Assembly: GCA_032123355.1 (NCBI GenBank)
Contig: JAQBFM010000215.1
Location: forward strand, 9,325-73,324
Source: Lentisphaerales bacterium
GTDB lineage: Bacteria > Verrucomicrobiota > Kiritimatiellia > SPBP01
Direction of reading: 5' to 3'
DNA: 64,000 nucleotides
The notes under the pieces were generated by a model. That model saw only the letters and a list, made by a program, of their open reading frames with translations. It searched no databases and had not been told where the DNA came from. The translations under genes and the position numbers were made by a program. Each line of letters begins with the position of its first letter. Within the stretch, counting starts at the first letter, position 1. Positions 1-10,456 of this stretch are shown in pieces.

Positions 1-927
1 ACCCTCTATCATGTGCTCGCAGGCGTCCCGCCGTTTGACGGCAAAACCCCCGTGGAAGTGGTCAAGGCACGCATTGGCAAAGACGCCAAGCCAATTTCTA
101 AACTCCGCAAGAATATCAATCGCGAGCTGGCCCGCACCATCACGCGCATGATCGAAGAACAGCCGGCACGTCGACATCCGACATATGCATCGCTAATCGG
201 CGATCTTGAAGCGGTCCACAGGCACATCCTGACCCAACGTAAGTCTTCGCCGTCTGCAAGCCTTCAGCCCGGCAAGGTTGTGCTCACAAAGAGGTCCACT
301 TTTATAGTGAAGGGCGATTCAGGACAACTCGATCAGGATGGCGGCGGACGAGTTGTCCTGACGAAGCGGCACAAGGCGCCGCTGACCGTAAAGAATCATC
401 CTCTCGGCAAGAGCAACTCCGTCTCTTCTTTTGCTGCCGCGGCCGTGGTGATCGTGCTCATTCTTGCGCTTGCATTCGGGTTCCTCGGATTCTCCTGCGT
501 CCAAAAGCGCGACAAGCAGAAGAAACTGGCCATATCGTTCGGCCAGATCTCGGCCATGGAGCACTCCATGACAGGTCCGGCACAGGCTCTGCTGGCCAAT
601 GCGCACAGCTTGCGCAACAAGCACCTGATCACAATCAAGACTCTTGAAGATGGCACTGCTGCACAGAAACATGCGGTCGCGGCAACACAGCTTGCGGAGG
701 ATGCTCTGGTCAAAGGACAGGCACTGCAGGAGATTCTTGGTCAGGCCTTCAAGGCCAAGACTGCCGCCCAGAACACCTATGATCTAAAGACCGTTCAAAA
801 CGCGCAGGCGAAGATGGCCCGCCTCCATAAAGAAGCGCAGGCGCTAACGCGCGAGATGCGTGAGTTGATTTCCAGGTCCATCTCCGAGATGGAACGAGCG
901 CGTACCGAAAGAAACTCCTCGCTATAG
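1..927 (+). CDS. Ser/Thr protein kinase, C-terminal part (5' partial). Kinase subdomains IX-XI are followed by a TM segment and a coiled-coil tail.
   Basis: The frame is open from nt 1 (TLYHVLAGVPPFDG..., a kinase subdomain IX-like motif). A hydrophobic stretch AAAAVVIVLILALAFGFLGF is followed by a coiled-coil-like Ala/Gln/Lys-rich tail. The start lies outside the window. Confidence 0.55.
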   Translation, partial: TLYHVLAGVPPFDGKTPVEVVKARIGKDAKPISKLRKNINRELARTITRMIEEQPARRHPTYASLIGDLEAVHRHILTQRKSSPSASLQPGKVVLTKRSTFIVKGDSGQLDQDGGGRVVLTKRHKAPLTVKNHPLGKSNSVSSFAAAAVVIVLILALAFGFLGFSCVQKRDKQKKLAISFGQISAMEHSMTGPAQALLANAHSLRNKHLITIKTLEDGTAAQKHAVAATQLAEDALVKGQALQEILGQAFKAKTAAQNTYDLKTVQNAQAKMARLHKEAQALTREMRELISRSISEMERARTERNSSL

Positions 928-970
928 CCGACGTTTCATAATCCTTCGACCTGTACGCAATACACGCAGC

Positions 971-1360
971 CTACGATCCGGGATCAAGCTGAAGCGATAA
1001 GCTCCGGATCCGTTCTTTGCCATAGCGGGTCTTCAACTTCAGTTCCAGTTCGGTCTTGCCGTACCTCTTGAGTTCGTTCAGCCATACGGGGCTGTCCACG
1101 AAAATAACCAGGCGGCCCTGGTCATAACGGCCCGGCCTGGCGTGACGGGCTATGTCCTCGCCGGCAAGACTGACCCACTCGCTCTCCAGTTCCCGCAGCC
1201 AGACCTGACCCTCGATCCCGAGGGACTGCACCACCGAAAGCACGGCTTGAGACAATGGAATTGCGTCCTTCGGGGAGTCGCCCGGAAACCGATGACCTAT
1301 CTGGCATCGTTCCCGTTCAACCTGCCAGCGACCTCCGTTGACTCTTCTTCGTCGTCTCAT
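971..1360 (-). CDS. DUF721 domain protein
   Basis: The motif RPGRYDQGRLVIFVDSPVWLNELKRYGKTELELKLKTRYGKERIRSL matches the DUF721 pattern (RP...G.L.V.V.SS.W..EL......L...L). The start codon is uncertain. Confidence 0.5.
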   Translation of the reverse strand: MRRRRRVNGGRWQVERERCQIGHRFPGDSPKDAIPLSQAVLSVVQSLGIEGQVWLRELESEWVSLAGEDIARHARPGRYDQGRLVIFVDSPVWLNELKRYGKTELELKLKTRYGKERIRSLSLQLDPGS

Positions 1361-1405
1361 TCATACCAGTCATTACACCCAACGCCATCAGACCGCGTTG
1401 CCGGC

Positions 1406-2776
1406 TCAGAACTCTGCTGGCTTCGGCTGATCCTTCAAGCATTCCGTGTATTTCTGCAGTTCCGAATCCGGTAGTTCATAGTCTGACAGTTTTCCACTAA
1501 GGAAAGCGTCATATCCCGACAAATCCATGAGCCCGTGGCCTGACCAGTTCATCAGAATGACCTTCTCTTTGCCTTCCTCCCTGGCCTGTTCAGCTTCCCG
1601 GATCGTCGCCGCGATAGCATGTGACGTTTCAGGTGCAGATATGAAGCCCTCCGTACGTGCCCAGAGCATCGCAGCCGTATAGCATTCAACCTGGTGCAGG
1701 GCCAACGCCTCGATCAGGTTCTCGCGAAGCGCATGGCTAACGAGTGGTGCCATGCCGTGATATCGCAATCCACCCGCGTGAATCGGCGGGGGTACAAACT
1801 TATGGCCCAGTGTGTACATCGGCAGAAGCGGAGTCATCTCTGCAGTGTCCCCGAAGTCATAGGAGAACGGGCCCCTCGTCATGGTTGGACATGCCGTGGG
1901 CTCCGTGGCAATGATCTTTATGTCCTTGCCGCTGATCTTGTCACAAACAAACGGGAAACTAATGCCGGCGAAATTCGATCCGCCGCCAGCACAACCTATG
2001 ATAACATCGGGATAGTCACCGATCTTCTCCAGCTGTTTCTTTGCCTCTAGACCAATTATGGTCTGATGCAGCATCACGTGATTCAGAACGCTGCCCAGCG
2101 AGTACCGCGTATCCTTGGAAGTAACGGCATCTTCTATAGCCTCGCTGATTGCAATTCCGAGACTGCCCGGAGTGTCCGGCATCTGCTCCAGAATTGCCCT
2201 GCCGAATTGGGTCGTGTTGCTCGGACTAGCAATACACTCCGCACCCCATACTCCCATCATTATCTTCCGGAACGGCTTCTGCTCAAAACTGATGCGCACC
2301 ATGTAAACCTTGCATTCCAGACCCATAAGCTGACAAGCAAACGCGAGAGCACTGCCCCACTGTCCTGCACCGGTCTCTGTCGTCAATCTCTTGATCCCGA
2401 ACTCGCGATTGTAGTACGCCTGCACCACCGCAGTGTTCGGTTTGTGGCTTCCAGGTGGCGATACGCCCTCATTCTTGTAGTAGATCTTTGCAGGCGTCTT
2501 AAGCGCGCGTTCAAGCCCTCGAGCCCTGTAAAGAGGCGTTGGCCGCCACATCTTAAGAACTCCCAGTATTTCTTCCGGAATATCAATCCAACGCTGGGTA
2601 GATACTTCCTGTTCGATAAGATTCATCGGAAACACCGGCGCCAACATGTCTGGCGTCAGGGGGTTGCCAGCTGGATCTACAGGTGGCGCCAGCGGATGCG
2701 GCAGATCCGCAGCCAGGTTATACCATTGCCTCGGAATTTCATCGTCGTTAAGAACCACCTTGATTTGCTCTGCCAT
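1406..2776 (-). CDS. trpB: TrpB2-type tryptophan synthase beta-like, PLP-dependent enzyme
   Basis: The full length resembles the TrpB family, including the motifs GSHKPN and [12 protein letters not shown] chose MAEQIK as the start; the GGGAGG RBS lies 9 nt upstream (revcomp of 2785-2793). Confidence 0.85.
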   Translation of the reverse strand: MAEQIKVVLNDDEIPRQWYNLAADLPHPLAPPVDPAGNPLTPDMLAPVFPMNLIEQEVSTQRWIDIPEEILGVLKMWRPTPLYRARGLERALKTPAKIYYKNEGVSPPGSHKPNTAVVQAYYNREFGIKRLTTETGAGQWGSALAFACQLMGLECKVYMVRISFEQKPFRKIMMGVWGAECIASPSNTTQFGRAILEQMPDTPGSLGIAISEAIEDAVTSKDTRYSLGSVLNHVMLHQTIIGLEAKKQLEKIGDYPDVIIGCAGGGSNFAGISFPFVCDKISGKDIKIIATEPTACPTMTRGPFSYDFGDTAEMTPLLPMYTLGHKFVPPPIHAGGLRYHGMAPLVSHALRENLIEALALHQVECYTAAMLWARTEGFISAPETSHAIAATIREAEQAREEGKEKVILMNWSGHGLMDLSGYDAFLSGKLSDYELPDSELQKYTECLKDQPKPAEF

Positions 2777-2995
2777 TGTCCATGCCTCCCTGTAAGAACA
2801 CCATTGTGCCTGAAACAAACTAGATTTCAAAGTTATGCATTTCGCATCGAGCCTACAAGAAGATTATCCCGCAATGCTTGACCCGAATCCCCCGCAATGG
2901 TAAGAATCGCGTACCTGACTCAAAGATTGCAGGCAACTCCTGCAATATCCGCGTCAGGTTCCGCTGGAAGTAGCGGGGAAAGAGAAGGTAGAACA

Positions 2996-3958
2996 ATGTA
3001 TAGACCCGAAATCACTGTTGTTGATTGCACAATCCGCGACGCTGGTCTCATGAATAACTCGCGATTCCCGGACGAGACAGTCGCCGCCGTTTATCGTGCC
3101 ATTTGCGAAGCCGGAATCCAGATCGTCGAGCTGGGCTATAAGAACAGTAAAAGGATGCTTTCTACCGATGACTACGGCCCGTGGCGCTTCTGCGATGAAG
3201 ATGCCCTGAGACGAGTTACGGAGGGCGTAGAATCACAGACAAAGATATCCGTCATGATGGACTCACACAAGGCGGAGGCGGAAGACCTGCTGCCTAAAGA
3301 CCAGAGCGTTATCGATATGGTCCGTGTCGCCACGTATGTCAAGGATGTGGACAAGGCAATATTGCTTGTGAATCACGCGAACGACAAGGGATACGAGACG
3401 ACAATCAACATCATGGCCATCTCTCACGCGCTCGACCGGGAATTGGACGAGGCTATCGATCAGATCGGAAGGGAGACCAATGTCGCCGCCTGCTACATCG
3501 TCGACAGCTTCGGCGCGCTCTATAGCGAGGACATAGATTACTACGTAGCAAAGTACCGCCAGCATCTTGGGAAGGGAAAAGAAATCGGAATTCACTGCCA
3601 TAACCAGCAGCAGCTCGCCTTCGCGAATACCATCGAGGGCATCATCAAAGGCGCCAACTACCTGGACGGAACCTTGCTGGGAACGGGCCGCGCTGCCGGG
3701 AACTGCCCGCTCGAACTGCTCCTCGGCTTCCTGAAGAATCCGAAGTTCTACATACGCCCCGTACTGGACGTCATTGGAAAATATATTTTGCCGTTGCAGT
3801 CCGAAATGGACTGGGGATACCACGTGCCGTACATGATCTCAGGCATGCTGAACGTTCATCCGCAGGAGTCCATGGATTTCATGGAGAAAGACTCATCAGA
3901 TCCGACAAGGCACGATTTCGTGAAGTTCTACGACGAGGTACTCGAGAGCATTCGGTAG
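2996..3958 (+). CDS. DRE-TIM metallolyase (HMGL-like / 4-hydroxy-2-oxovalerate aldolase-like)
   Basis: Motifs VVDCTIRDAG, HCHNQQQLAFANTIEG and DGTLLGTGRAAGNCPLE match the pyruvate carboxyltransferase fold. The start was chosen at MYRPEI, with AAGGTAG upstream. Confidence 0.6.
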   Translation: MYRPEITVVDCTIRDAGLMNNSRFPDETVAAVYRAICEAGIQIVELGYKNSKRMLSTDDYGPWRFCDEDALRRVTEGVESQTKISVMMDSHKAEAEDLLPKDQSVIDMVRVATYVKDVDKAILLVNHANDKGYETTINIMAISHALDRELDEAIDQIGRETNVAACYIVDSFGALYSEDIDYYVAKYRQHLGKGKEIGIHCHNQQQLAFANTIEGIIKGANYLDGTLLGTGRAAGNCPLELLLGFLKNPKFYIRPVLDVIGKYILPLQSEMDWGYHVPYMISGMLNVHPQESMDFMEKDSSDPTRHDFVKFYDEVLESIR

Positions 3959-3984
3959 CAAGACATTATGCGAAGGCCGCCAGG

Positions 3985-5028
3985 CTATTTTCGTGAATCC
4001 GTGACAAAACGATTCTCCTGCCAGTAGCCATCCAGCATTCGCCCGTCAGAGTAGGTGTAGACTCCGCGACCATGCATCTGGCCCTCCCGCCATTGGCCCT
4101 CGTATTTCTCGCCGTCCGGGAAGATGTAGGAACCGAATCCATTCTTCTTATTCTGCCGCCACTCACCCTTATACTGCTCACCGTTCGAAAAACTGGTGAG
4201 GCCCGTACCGTGTTTCTGCCCGTCGACAAAATAGCCCTCATATCGTTCGCCGTCTCTAAAGACCAGGACTCCGTACCCATGCAAGTTTCCGTTTCTCATC
4301 TCCCCACGATACGTGCTTCCGTCCGGCAGTCTCTTCTCAACCTGCTGTTCGGCGGGACTTCCGGCAAACCGGCGCTCGGGATCACCCTGCGACACAGACT
4401 CAGAGAACTCCGTTCGCGCAGGTACCAGCCCCGCTCCCGGATCAGATTCCTTCGGCCGTACTGTCGATATTGTCGTAGCGGATTGGGGCCGCGTCTTGAG
4501 AATAGCCGTCATTTCAACCAAGTTATCATCCTTTGCCAGGCTGAGTGGAGTCGAATTGTCTTTCGCTCTGGATCCAGGATCCGCACCTCTGGCCAGTAGT
4601 ATGCGGGCAATCTCTCTGGCATCTTTCTTCACTGCCATGTGCAGGCATGTGTACCCGCGATCAGTAGCCGCATTAACGTCGGCTCCTGCATCCATGAGCA
4701 GCCTTGTAAGATCGATGGATCCGAAGACGATAGCACAGTGCAGAGGAGTGAACCCCATTTCCATCGCAGGATCCACGGCTGCCCTGTGCCTGAGCAGCGC
4801 CTTGACCATGTCAACGCGACCAGCCAGACACGCCAGATGCAGCGGAGTTGCACGCCCCTTCGACCTGGAGTTGACCATATTCGGTGCAGCCGATAGCATC
4901 GCCTCAACTTTCTGGACGTCGCCGGCCCGGACAGCATCGTGGATGCCGTCCGCATATGCCGCGACGGACCCGCACCAGACGAATGCCGACAGCAGACCTG
5001 CATATATATGAAATGATGATATCTTCAT
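3985..5028 (-). CDS. Secreted ankyrin-repeat + MORN-repeat protein
   Basis: Signal peptide MKISSFHIYAGLLSAFVWCGSVAAYA. There are ~4 ankyrin repeats (TPLHLAC..., FTPLHCAI..., YTCLHMAV...). At least three C-terminal MORN repeats follow (YRGEMRNGNLHGYG, YEGYFVDGQKHGTG, YKGEWRQNKKNGFG, YEGQWREGQMHGRG). Confidence 0.75.
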   Translation of the reverse strand: MKISSFHIYAGLLSAFVWCGSVAAYADGIHDAVRAGDVQKVEAMLSAAPNMVNSRSKGRATPLHLACLAGRVDMVKALLRHRAAVDPAMEMGFTPLHCAIVFGSIDLTRLLMDAGADVNAATDRGYTCLHMAVKKDAREIARILLARGADPGSRAKDNSTPLSLAKDDNLVEMTAILKTRPQSATTISTVRPKESDPGAGLVPARTEFSESVSQGDPERRFAGSPAEQQVEKRLPDGSTYRGEMRNGNLHGYGVLVFRDGERYEGYFVDGQKHGTGLTSFSNGEQYKGEWRQNKKNGFGSYIFPDGEKYEGQWREGQMHGRGVYTYSDGRMLDGYWQENRFVTDSRK

Positions 5029-5130
5029 GATCAGAACCGGCACGAATAATACTCCCCACCACACTCAAAGACAAGAGCCGAGATTCCGGCAGTGCTGTCC
5101 AATCTCGCCATGTTGTTTAGACAGCCAATA

Positions 5131-8100
5131 CTAGCCAATGTATTCCCTGGCGTTCAGGAACATCCTCAGCCAGGGCCCTTCCTCAACGGCGGCATCCCCG
5201 CAAGGATATGAACACTGCACCGCCCTGAACACGCGTTCAGGATGCGGCATCATTATGGTAGCCCGCCCATCAGTAGACGTCACACTTGTTATCCCACCCG
5301 GCGATCCGTTTGGATTCAAGGGATACCTCTCCGTGAGCATGCCACGGTTGTCCACATACCGCAATGAAACAAGACCTGCCTCCATCAACTCATCAACATC
5401 AACTCCGCTGTCGAACACGGCACGACCTTCCCCGTGTGCCACGGGAATGCCCAGTCGCGATCCCTCCATGCCCTTAAAGAAGATCGACAACGACCGAAGC
5501 ACCTCAACTGTCACATACCTGGCTTCGAACTGCTCAGACCTGTTGCGTTGGAACGTCGGCCAGCATTCAGCGCCCGGTATTATCTCACTCAGCTGCGCCA
5601 GCATCTGACAGCCATTGCATACCCCTAAAGAGAAGGTATCCTCACGCTGAAAGAAACGGGCGAACATCTTCTTCAGCTCCGCATTGAACAGTATCGAACG
5701 AGCCCAGCCCGAACCGGCGCCCAACACATCGCCATATGAGAACCCGCCGCAGGCCACCAAGCCGTTGAATTCGCACAGATCCACACGGGCCCGGTGCAAG
5801 TCCGTCATGTGGACATCGCATGCTGCGAAACCGGCTGCGTCAAAAGCCGCAGCCATTTCGACGTGACCGTTTATGCCCTGTTCCCGAAGAACCGCGATTC
5901 GCGGTCGATTGACCGAACCCTTCGCGGCGCGCACCGGCATGTGTGGATCATAGGTCAACTTGAAACTGAGACCCGGGTCAGTGTCGTCGAGGATGTTGTC
6001 ATATTCTTCCCTGGCACATTCAGGATTGTCTCGAAGCTCCTGCATCAGACAGGTCAGTTCAGACCATATCCGGTTCAACTCAGTCACCGAACGCGACATT
6101 AACTCGCGCCCGTTACTGCAGACAGTAATCACAGGCTTTCCGGTCGTCTCGCCGAGACGATGAGAGCAAGATGAAAGACCGTGACGCGCTAGAACAGCCA
6201 TAACCGCATCAATCTTGCCGGCCTCGATCTGTAGAACGGCACCAAGCTCTTCACTGAACAGCGAAGCAAGTGACTCAGAACCCAGCTCACCAATTTCGAG
6301 CTCAGCACCAACTCTTCCCCCAATCGCCATTTCCACGACCGTTGTCAGCAATCCACCGTCAGATCGATCGTGATAAGCAAGCACCATGCCCGCTCCTATA
6401 AGATCCTGAACCGCCGCGAACAATGAGGCCAGCAGCCTCGGATCGTCCGCATCCGGACAATCGCCCCCCTGCCTGCCATACGCCCGGGCAAGTGCCGAGA
6501 AGCCGAGCCTGTTCTTTCCGCTGCCAAGGTCAATGAGGACCAGATGGGAACCGGCTATGCGTTTCAAATCTGGTGTTGCCGTGCTGCGCACATCAAGAAC
6601 AGGAGCAAAAGAGCTGACTACCAGACTCATGGGCCCCGACATCTTCTCCTTCACGCCGTCGCTCGTCTCCCACAAAGTCCTCATCGATAGAGAGTCTTTT
6701 CCCACAGGAATGGACACCCCGAGCGCCGGACAGAATTCCATACCAATCGCCCTCACCGTATCGTAAAGATTCGCATCTTCCCCATCCTCGCCGCACGCGC
6801 ACATCCAGTTTGCCGATAGCTTTACCTTGCCGATATCACCAATCCAGGACGAACATATGTTTGTAATCGCCTCTCCCACGGCCATGCGTCCAGAACCCGG
6901 AGCTGACACAAGCGCAATGTCGCTTCGTTCTCCGATCGCCATCGCCGAACCCCGATACGACTTGTATGAAATAGTGACAACTGCCGCGTCTGCTATGGGC
7001 GTTTGATATGGACCCACCATCTGGTCGCGCGCCGTCATTCCCATGACGGTCCTGTCCGCAATGGTCACCAGGAATGTCTTATTCGACACGGACGGCATCC
7101 TCAGGACTCTCTCCACTGCCTCCTCGAGAGCAATTCCGTTCAAGTCTATAGGACCATGCTCCTCGCGAAGCCGCTCCACACATCGCTGCATCTTGGGCGG
7201 CTTACCAAGGAGAACCTGCAATTCCATGTCGATTGGTGTGTTCTTGAAATGGTCGTCGCAAAGTCTCAGACGCCCGTCCCCGGTGGCCTCTCCTATCACC
7301 GCTGCCGGACACCGTTCCCTGGAACAGAGGGCCAGGAACCGGTCAAGCCCCTCTTCGTAAACCGCTAGCACATATCTTTCCTGCGCCTCGCAACACCAGA
7401 TCTCCATCGGGCTCATCGATAACTCTTCATTTGAAATCTTGCGAAGCCAGAACACGCCTCCCGACTCAGCTACGAGCTCAGGACACCCGTTCGATAGTCC
7501 GCCGGCGCCAAGATCGTGGATGCTCACAATCGGGTTCAAATCATCGAGTGCAATGCACCCCTCAATGACTTCCTGGCAGCGCCGCTGCATTTCGGCGTTG
7601 TCACGTTGCACCGAGTCGTAGTCCAGATCCTCTACGTTGCTACCTGTTGCCATCGAGGAAGCCGCACCCCCACCCAGCCCGATTCGCAGCGCGGGTCCCC
7701 CTATCTGGATGATCTGCATGCCCTTTTCTATCTTCTGCTTGCCGGAATGCCTGCGCTTTATACTTCCCATCCCGCCCGCAATCATGATCGGCTTGTGGTA
7801 TCCGCGATATCGCCCATTGTAACGAAGTTCCAGCGTCTTGAAGAAACCCGTGAGTTGCGGCCTGCCGAATTCGTTCCCGAACGCCGCCCCGCCAATCGGG
7901 CCTTCAATCATGATTTCGAGCGCCGTTGCAAGTCGCGAGGGTCGTTCGGACTCATCTTCCTCCCATGCCATAATGTGCCCGGGTATCCGCAAATTCGACA
8001 CCATGAATCCCGCAAGCCCCGCTTTGCTCTTGCCGCCTCTACCCGTTGCGGCCTCGTCCCTGATCTCCCCGCCAATACCCGTAGCCGCCCCGGGATACGG

Positions 8101-9060
8101 CGATATCGCCGTTGGATGATTGTGTGTTTCAACCTTCATCACAATGTCGATCAAATCCTGCACATAGCCATATTCCGAACCGTCGGCTGGATCGGGCCTG
8201 AACCATACGTCCTCAAAGCCTTCTATCACCGCGGCGTTGTCGGAATATGCAACCAGTGTGCCGGCGGGATGCAAGGCGTGCGTATTGCGTATCATGTCGA
8301 ACAACCCGCGATCCTGCACGCAGCCGTCCAGCGTCCAATCCGCGTTAAAGATCTTGTGACGACAATGCTCAGAGTTCACCTGGCCAAACATCACGAGTTC
8401 AACGTCCGTCGGGTTCCTGGAAGCAGCGGAATATCGCTGAAACAGGTACTCGATTTCATCATCACTAAGCGCCAGCCCAGTCTCGATATTGGCCCTCCTG
8501 AGTGCATCAATGCCGTTCTTCAGAATGTCCACAAGACTGAAGGGGCTCGGCTCGAGTTCCGCAAAGTAGTCGCGAAGTGCACCTCGGTCATAGATGGACT
8601 GGGTCATTCTGTCGTGAAACAGCCGGAGGGCCGCACCTGCGTCAAACGCGGACAACGGTTTGGGGTCACCGGAGCGGGAGAGCCGGTAGCGCAGGCCTCG
8701 CTCCACTCTTGCAACCTCGCCGATCCCGCAGTTACGAAAGATATCCGTCGCTTTTGACGACCAGGGAGAAATGCTTCCTTTCCGGGGTGCGACAAAGAAT
8801 CCAGCCCCAGCATCCTCTTCCGAAATGATTCCCGTTGCGCCCAGCAGTGCAAGCGTGCGCTCCATCGACAGCCCCGAAAGGCTGCCGCGCAACCGTACCA
8901 GGTAGACAAACTCAACTTCGATGGCTTCAATATCAACCAATCCCGCTTCCCGCGCACGTTTCAGAAGCAGTTCGATGCGAAACGGCGATAGTGATGGGTG
9001 CCCTCCGAGGATAAGCGGCTCCTGCCCCGTAGCCGCAACATGTCCTGGCCCGTTCGTCAT
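5131..9060 (-). CDS. purL: Phosphoribosylformylglycinamidine (FGAM) synthase, single-chain large form
   Basis: At 1309 aa it carries an N-terminal PurS-like region, duplicated AIRS domains, and a C-terminal class I glutamine amidotransferase domain (GVCNGCQ). The ATG overlaps the thiE stop by 1 nt. Confidence 0.95.
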   Translation of the reverse strand: MTNGPGHVAATGQEPLILGGHPSLSPFRIELLLKRAREAGLVDIEAIEVEFVYLVRLRGSLSGLSMERTLALLGATGIISEEDAGAGFFVAPRKGSISPWSSKATDIFRNCGIGEVARVERGLRYRLSRSGDPKPLSAFDAGAALRLFHDRMTQSIYDRGALRDYFAELEPSPFSLVDILKNGIDALRRANIETGLALSDDEIEYLFQRYSAASRNPTDVELVMFGQVNSEHCRHKIFNADWTLDGCVQDRGLFDMIRNTHALHPAGTLVAYSDNAAVIEGFEDVWFRPDPADGSEYGYVQDLIDIVMKVETHNHPTAISPYPGAATGIGGEIRDEAATGRGGKSKAGLAGFMVSNLRIPGHIMAWEEDESERPSRLATALEIMIEGPIGGAAFGNEFGRPQLTGFFKTLELRYNGRYRGYHKPIMIAGGMGSIKRRHSGKQKIEKGMQIIQIGGPALRIGLGGGAASSMATGSNVEDLDYDSVQRDNAEMQRRCQEVIEGCIALDDLNPIVSIHDLGAGGLSNGCPELVAESGGVFWLRKISNEELSMSPMEIWCCEAQERYVLAVYEEGLDRFLALCSRERCPAAVIGEATGDGRLRLCDDHFKNTPIDMELQVLLGKPPKMQRCVERLREEHGPIDLNGIALEEAVERVLRMPSVSNKTFLVTIADRTVMGMTARDQMVGPYQTPIADAAVVTISYKSYRGSAMAIGERSDIALVSAPGSGRMAVGEAITNICSSWIGDIGKVKLSANWMCACGEDGEDANLYDTVRAIGMEFCPALGVSIPVGKDSLSMRTLWETSDGVKEKMSGPMSLVVSSFAPVLDVRSTATPDLKRIAGSHLVLIDLGSGKNRLGFSALARAYGRQGGDCPDADDPRLLASLFAAVQDLIGAGMVLAYHDRSDGGLLTTVVEMAIGGRVGAELEIGELGSESLASLFSEELGAVLQIEAGKIDAVMAVLARHGLSSCSHRLGETTGKPVITVCSNGRELMSRSVTELNRIWSELTCLMQELRDNPECAREEYDNILDDTDPGLSFKLTYDPHMPVRAAKGSVNRPRIAVLREQGINGHVEMAAAFDAAGFAACDVHMTDLHRARVDLCEFNGLVACGGFSYGDVLGAGSGWARSILFNAELKKMFARFFQREDTFSLGVCNGCQMLAQLSEIIPGAECWPTFQRNRSEQFEARYVTVEVLRSLSIFFKGMEGSRLGIPVAHGEGRAVFDSGVDVDELMEAGLVSLRYVDNRGMLTERYPLNPNGSPGGITSVTSTDGRATIMMPHPERVFRAVQCSYPCGDAAVEEGPWLRMFLNAREYIG

Positions 9061-9737
9061 CAGACTTCCTCCATCCGCATCACAACACGTTCAATCTCCG
9101 CCAGCAGATCTCCGGCCGCGGCCACGGGATCATCAGCAGCAGCTATCGCGCTGACAACAGCGAACGTGCTGGCCCCGGCAGCAGCCAGGTCCGCCAATTG
9201 CTCCTTGCCAATCCCACCCATCACGGTAAATGGTATTCTGACGGCATCCGCTACCCGCCTCACAACATCAGTTCCAAGAAAGTCGCCCTGCCATTCTTTC
9301 GTCTTCGTCGGAAACACGGGACCTATGTTCACATACGATGCGCCACGTCGCTCCGCATACAGCGCTTCGTCCACCGAATGCGACGATGCGCCAATAATCA
9401 GGTCGGGCGCAATCCTGCGAGCAAGATCTATTGGCAAGTCGTCCTTGCCAAGGTGAACACCTTCGGCCTCAACCGCCAGGGCTATGTCGAGCCGGTCATT
9501 TATCAACAGTAACGCGCCTGCCCTTCTCGTCAGCGCATGCACCTCTCCTGCTAACTCCGTCAGATCGGAGCCGGACAGGCCCTTTTCCCTCAGTTGAACA
9601 AGTCTGACCCCCCCGGCCAATGCCCGTTCAACAACTTCGATGGTCGACCGTCCCCGGGAGAACTCGGCGGATGTGACAAGGTACAGCCCCGCCTTCTGAA
9701 AAAGGCGCATCCTCTCATCATGTCTTGGGGTGCCCAC
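9060..9737 (-). CDS. thiE: Thiamine-phosphate synthase
   Basis: TMP-TENI family motifs are present (LYLVTS..., [32 protein letters not shown]). The alternative start MRLFQ is at 9710. Confidence 0.85.
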   Translation of the reverse strand: MGTPRHDERMRLFQKAGLYLVTSAEFSRGRSTIEVVERALAGGVRLVQLREKGLSGSDLTELAGEVHALTRRAGALLLINDRLDIALAVEAEGVHLGKDDLPIDLARRIAPDLIIGASSHSVDEALYAERRGASYVNIGPVFPTKTKEWQGDFLGTDVVRRVADAVRIPFTVMGGIGKEQLADLAAAGASTFAVVSAIAAADDPVAAAGDLLAEIERVVMRMEEV

Positions 9738-9805
9738 AACTTCGTAACTCGCCGCGTTCCCCAGCCAGCCGGGATTCCCGACAGCGGGCGGGCGGAATAA
9801 CCGGT

Positions 9806-10348
9806 CTAGTTGCTCGTTTTGCTGTGCTGTGTGACCTTTATTTCGTCCCTGATCCGGGCAGCATCCTCGTACCGCTCGTCTTCTACTGCCTGGCTGAGCT
9901 TGCTCTCCAACCGTTCAATCCTCGTGCCGCCGGACTTCTTTGTGCTCTTCTCTGTCTGGATTATGACCCCGGCTTTGTCCATCACCGACTCTTCCACAAC
10001 AATGGGACAGGAACATCGCAGTGCCAGCGCAATGGCATCGCTTGGCCTCGAGTCAATTCCCACAGTCTTTTCGTCACGGCTCAGCATCAACCTTGCGTAA
10101 AAGGTATGCTCCACCAGATCCGAAATTTCTGCCCGTTCCACCTTCCACCCGAGAGTGGTAACCATGTTCATCATAAGGTCATGCGTCAACGGACGGGGAA
10201 ATTCCAAACCCTCAAGCTTAAGCTCAATCGACTGGGCCTGAGCCGGATCGATCGAGATCGGCAACACCTTCTCATCCACCGTAGATTTCAGCAGAACAAT
10301 CAGGTCTTTATTGTATACAACAATCCGCGCGACTCGCACTTCAATCAT
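9806..10348 (-). CDS. Bifunctional nuclease (BFN/DUF151) with C-terminal UVR motif
   Basis: BFN core (IDSRPSDAIALALRC) plus a UvrB/C-like helix (LESKLSQAVEDERYEDAARIRDEI). Confidence 0.7.
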   Translation of the reverse strand: MIEVRVARIVVYNKDLIVLLKSTVDEKVLPISIDPAQAQSIELKLEGLEFPRPLTHDLMMNMVTTLGWKVERAEISDLVEHTFYARLMLSRDEKTVGIDSRPSDAIALALRCSCPIVVEESVMDKAGVIIQTEKSTKKSGGTRIERLESKLSQAVEDERYEDAARIRDEIKVTQHSKTSN

Positions 10349-10456
10349 CAGGCAGACTCCCATTGCCTCACAGTCATTCCAAACTCAACTATTGATATGG
10401 AACTGCGCGGCTCAAGTCAACAAGAATAGCCCGCGTCTGATTCCGAATCGGCGTTC

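Noticed and set aside
7516-8757. 413-aa ORF on the plus strand
   Set aside because: It lies entirely antisense to purL, whose homology is unambiguous over its full length. The ORF has low-complexity Arg/Pro-rich composition typical of antisense frames in high-GC DNA.
9058-9062. thiE/purL one-nucleotide overlap (TGATG) as a special signal
   Set aside because: Stop-start overlaps of 1 or 4 nt are common in compact operons. The same pattern occurs at cas2-exo, cas1-cas2 and the ABC gene pairs. It is not unusual by itself.
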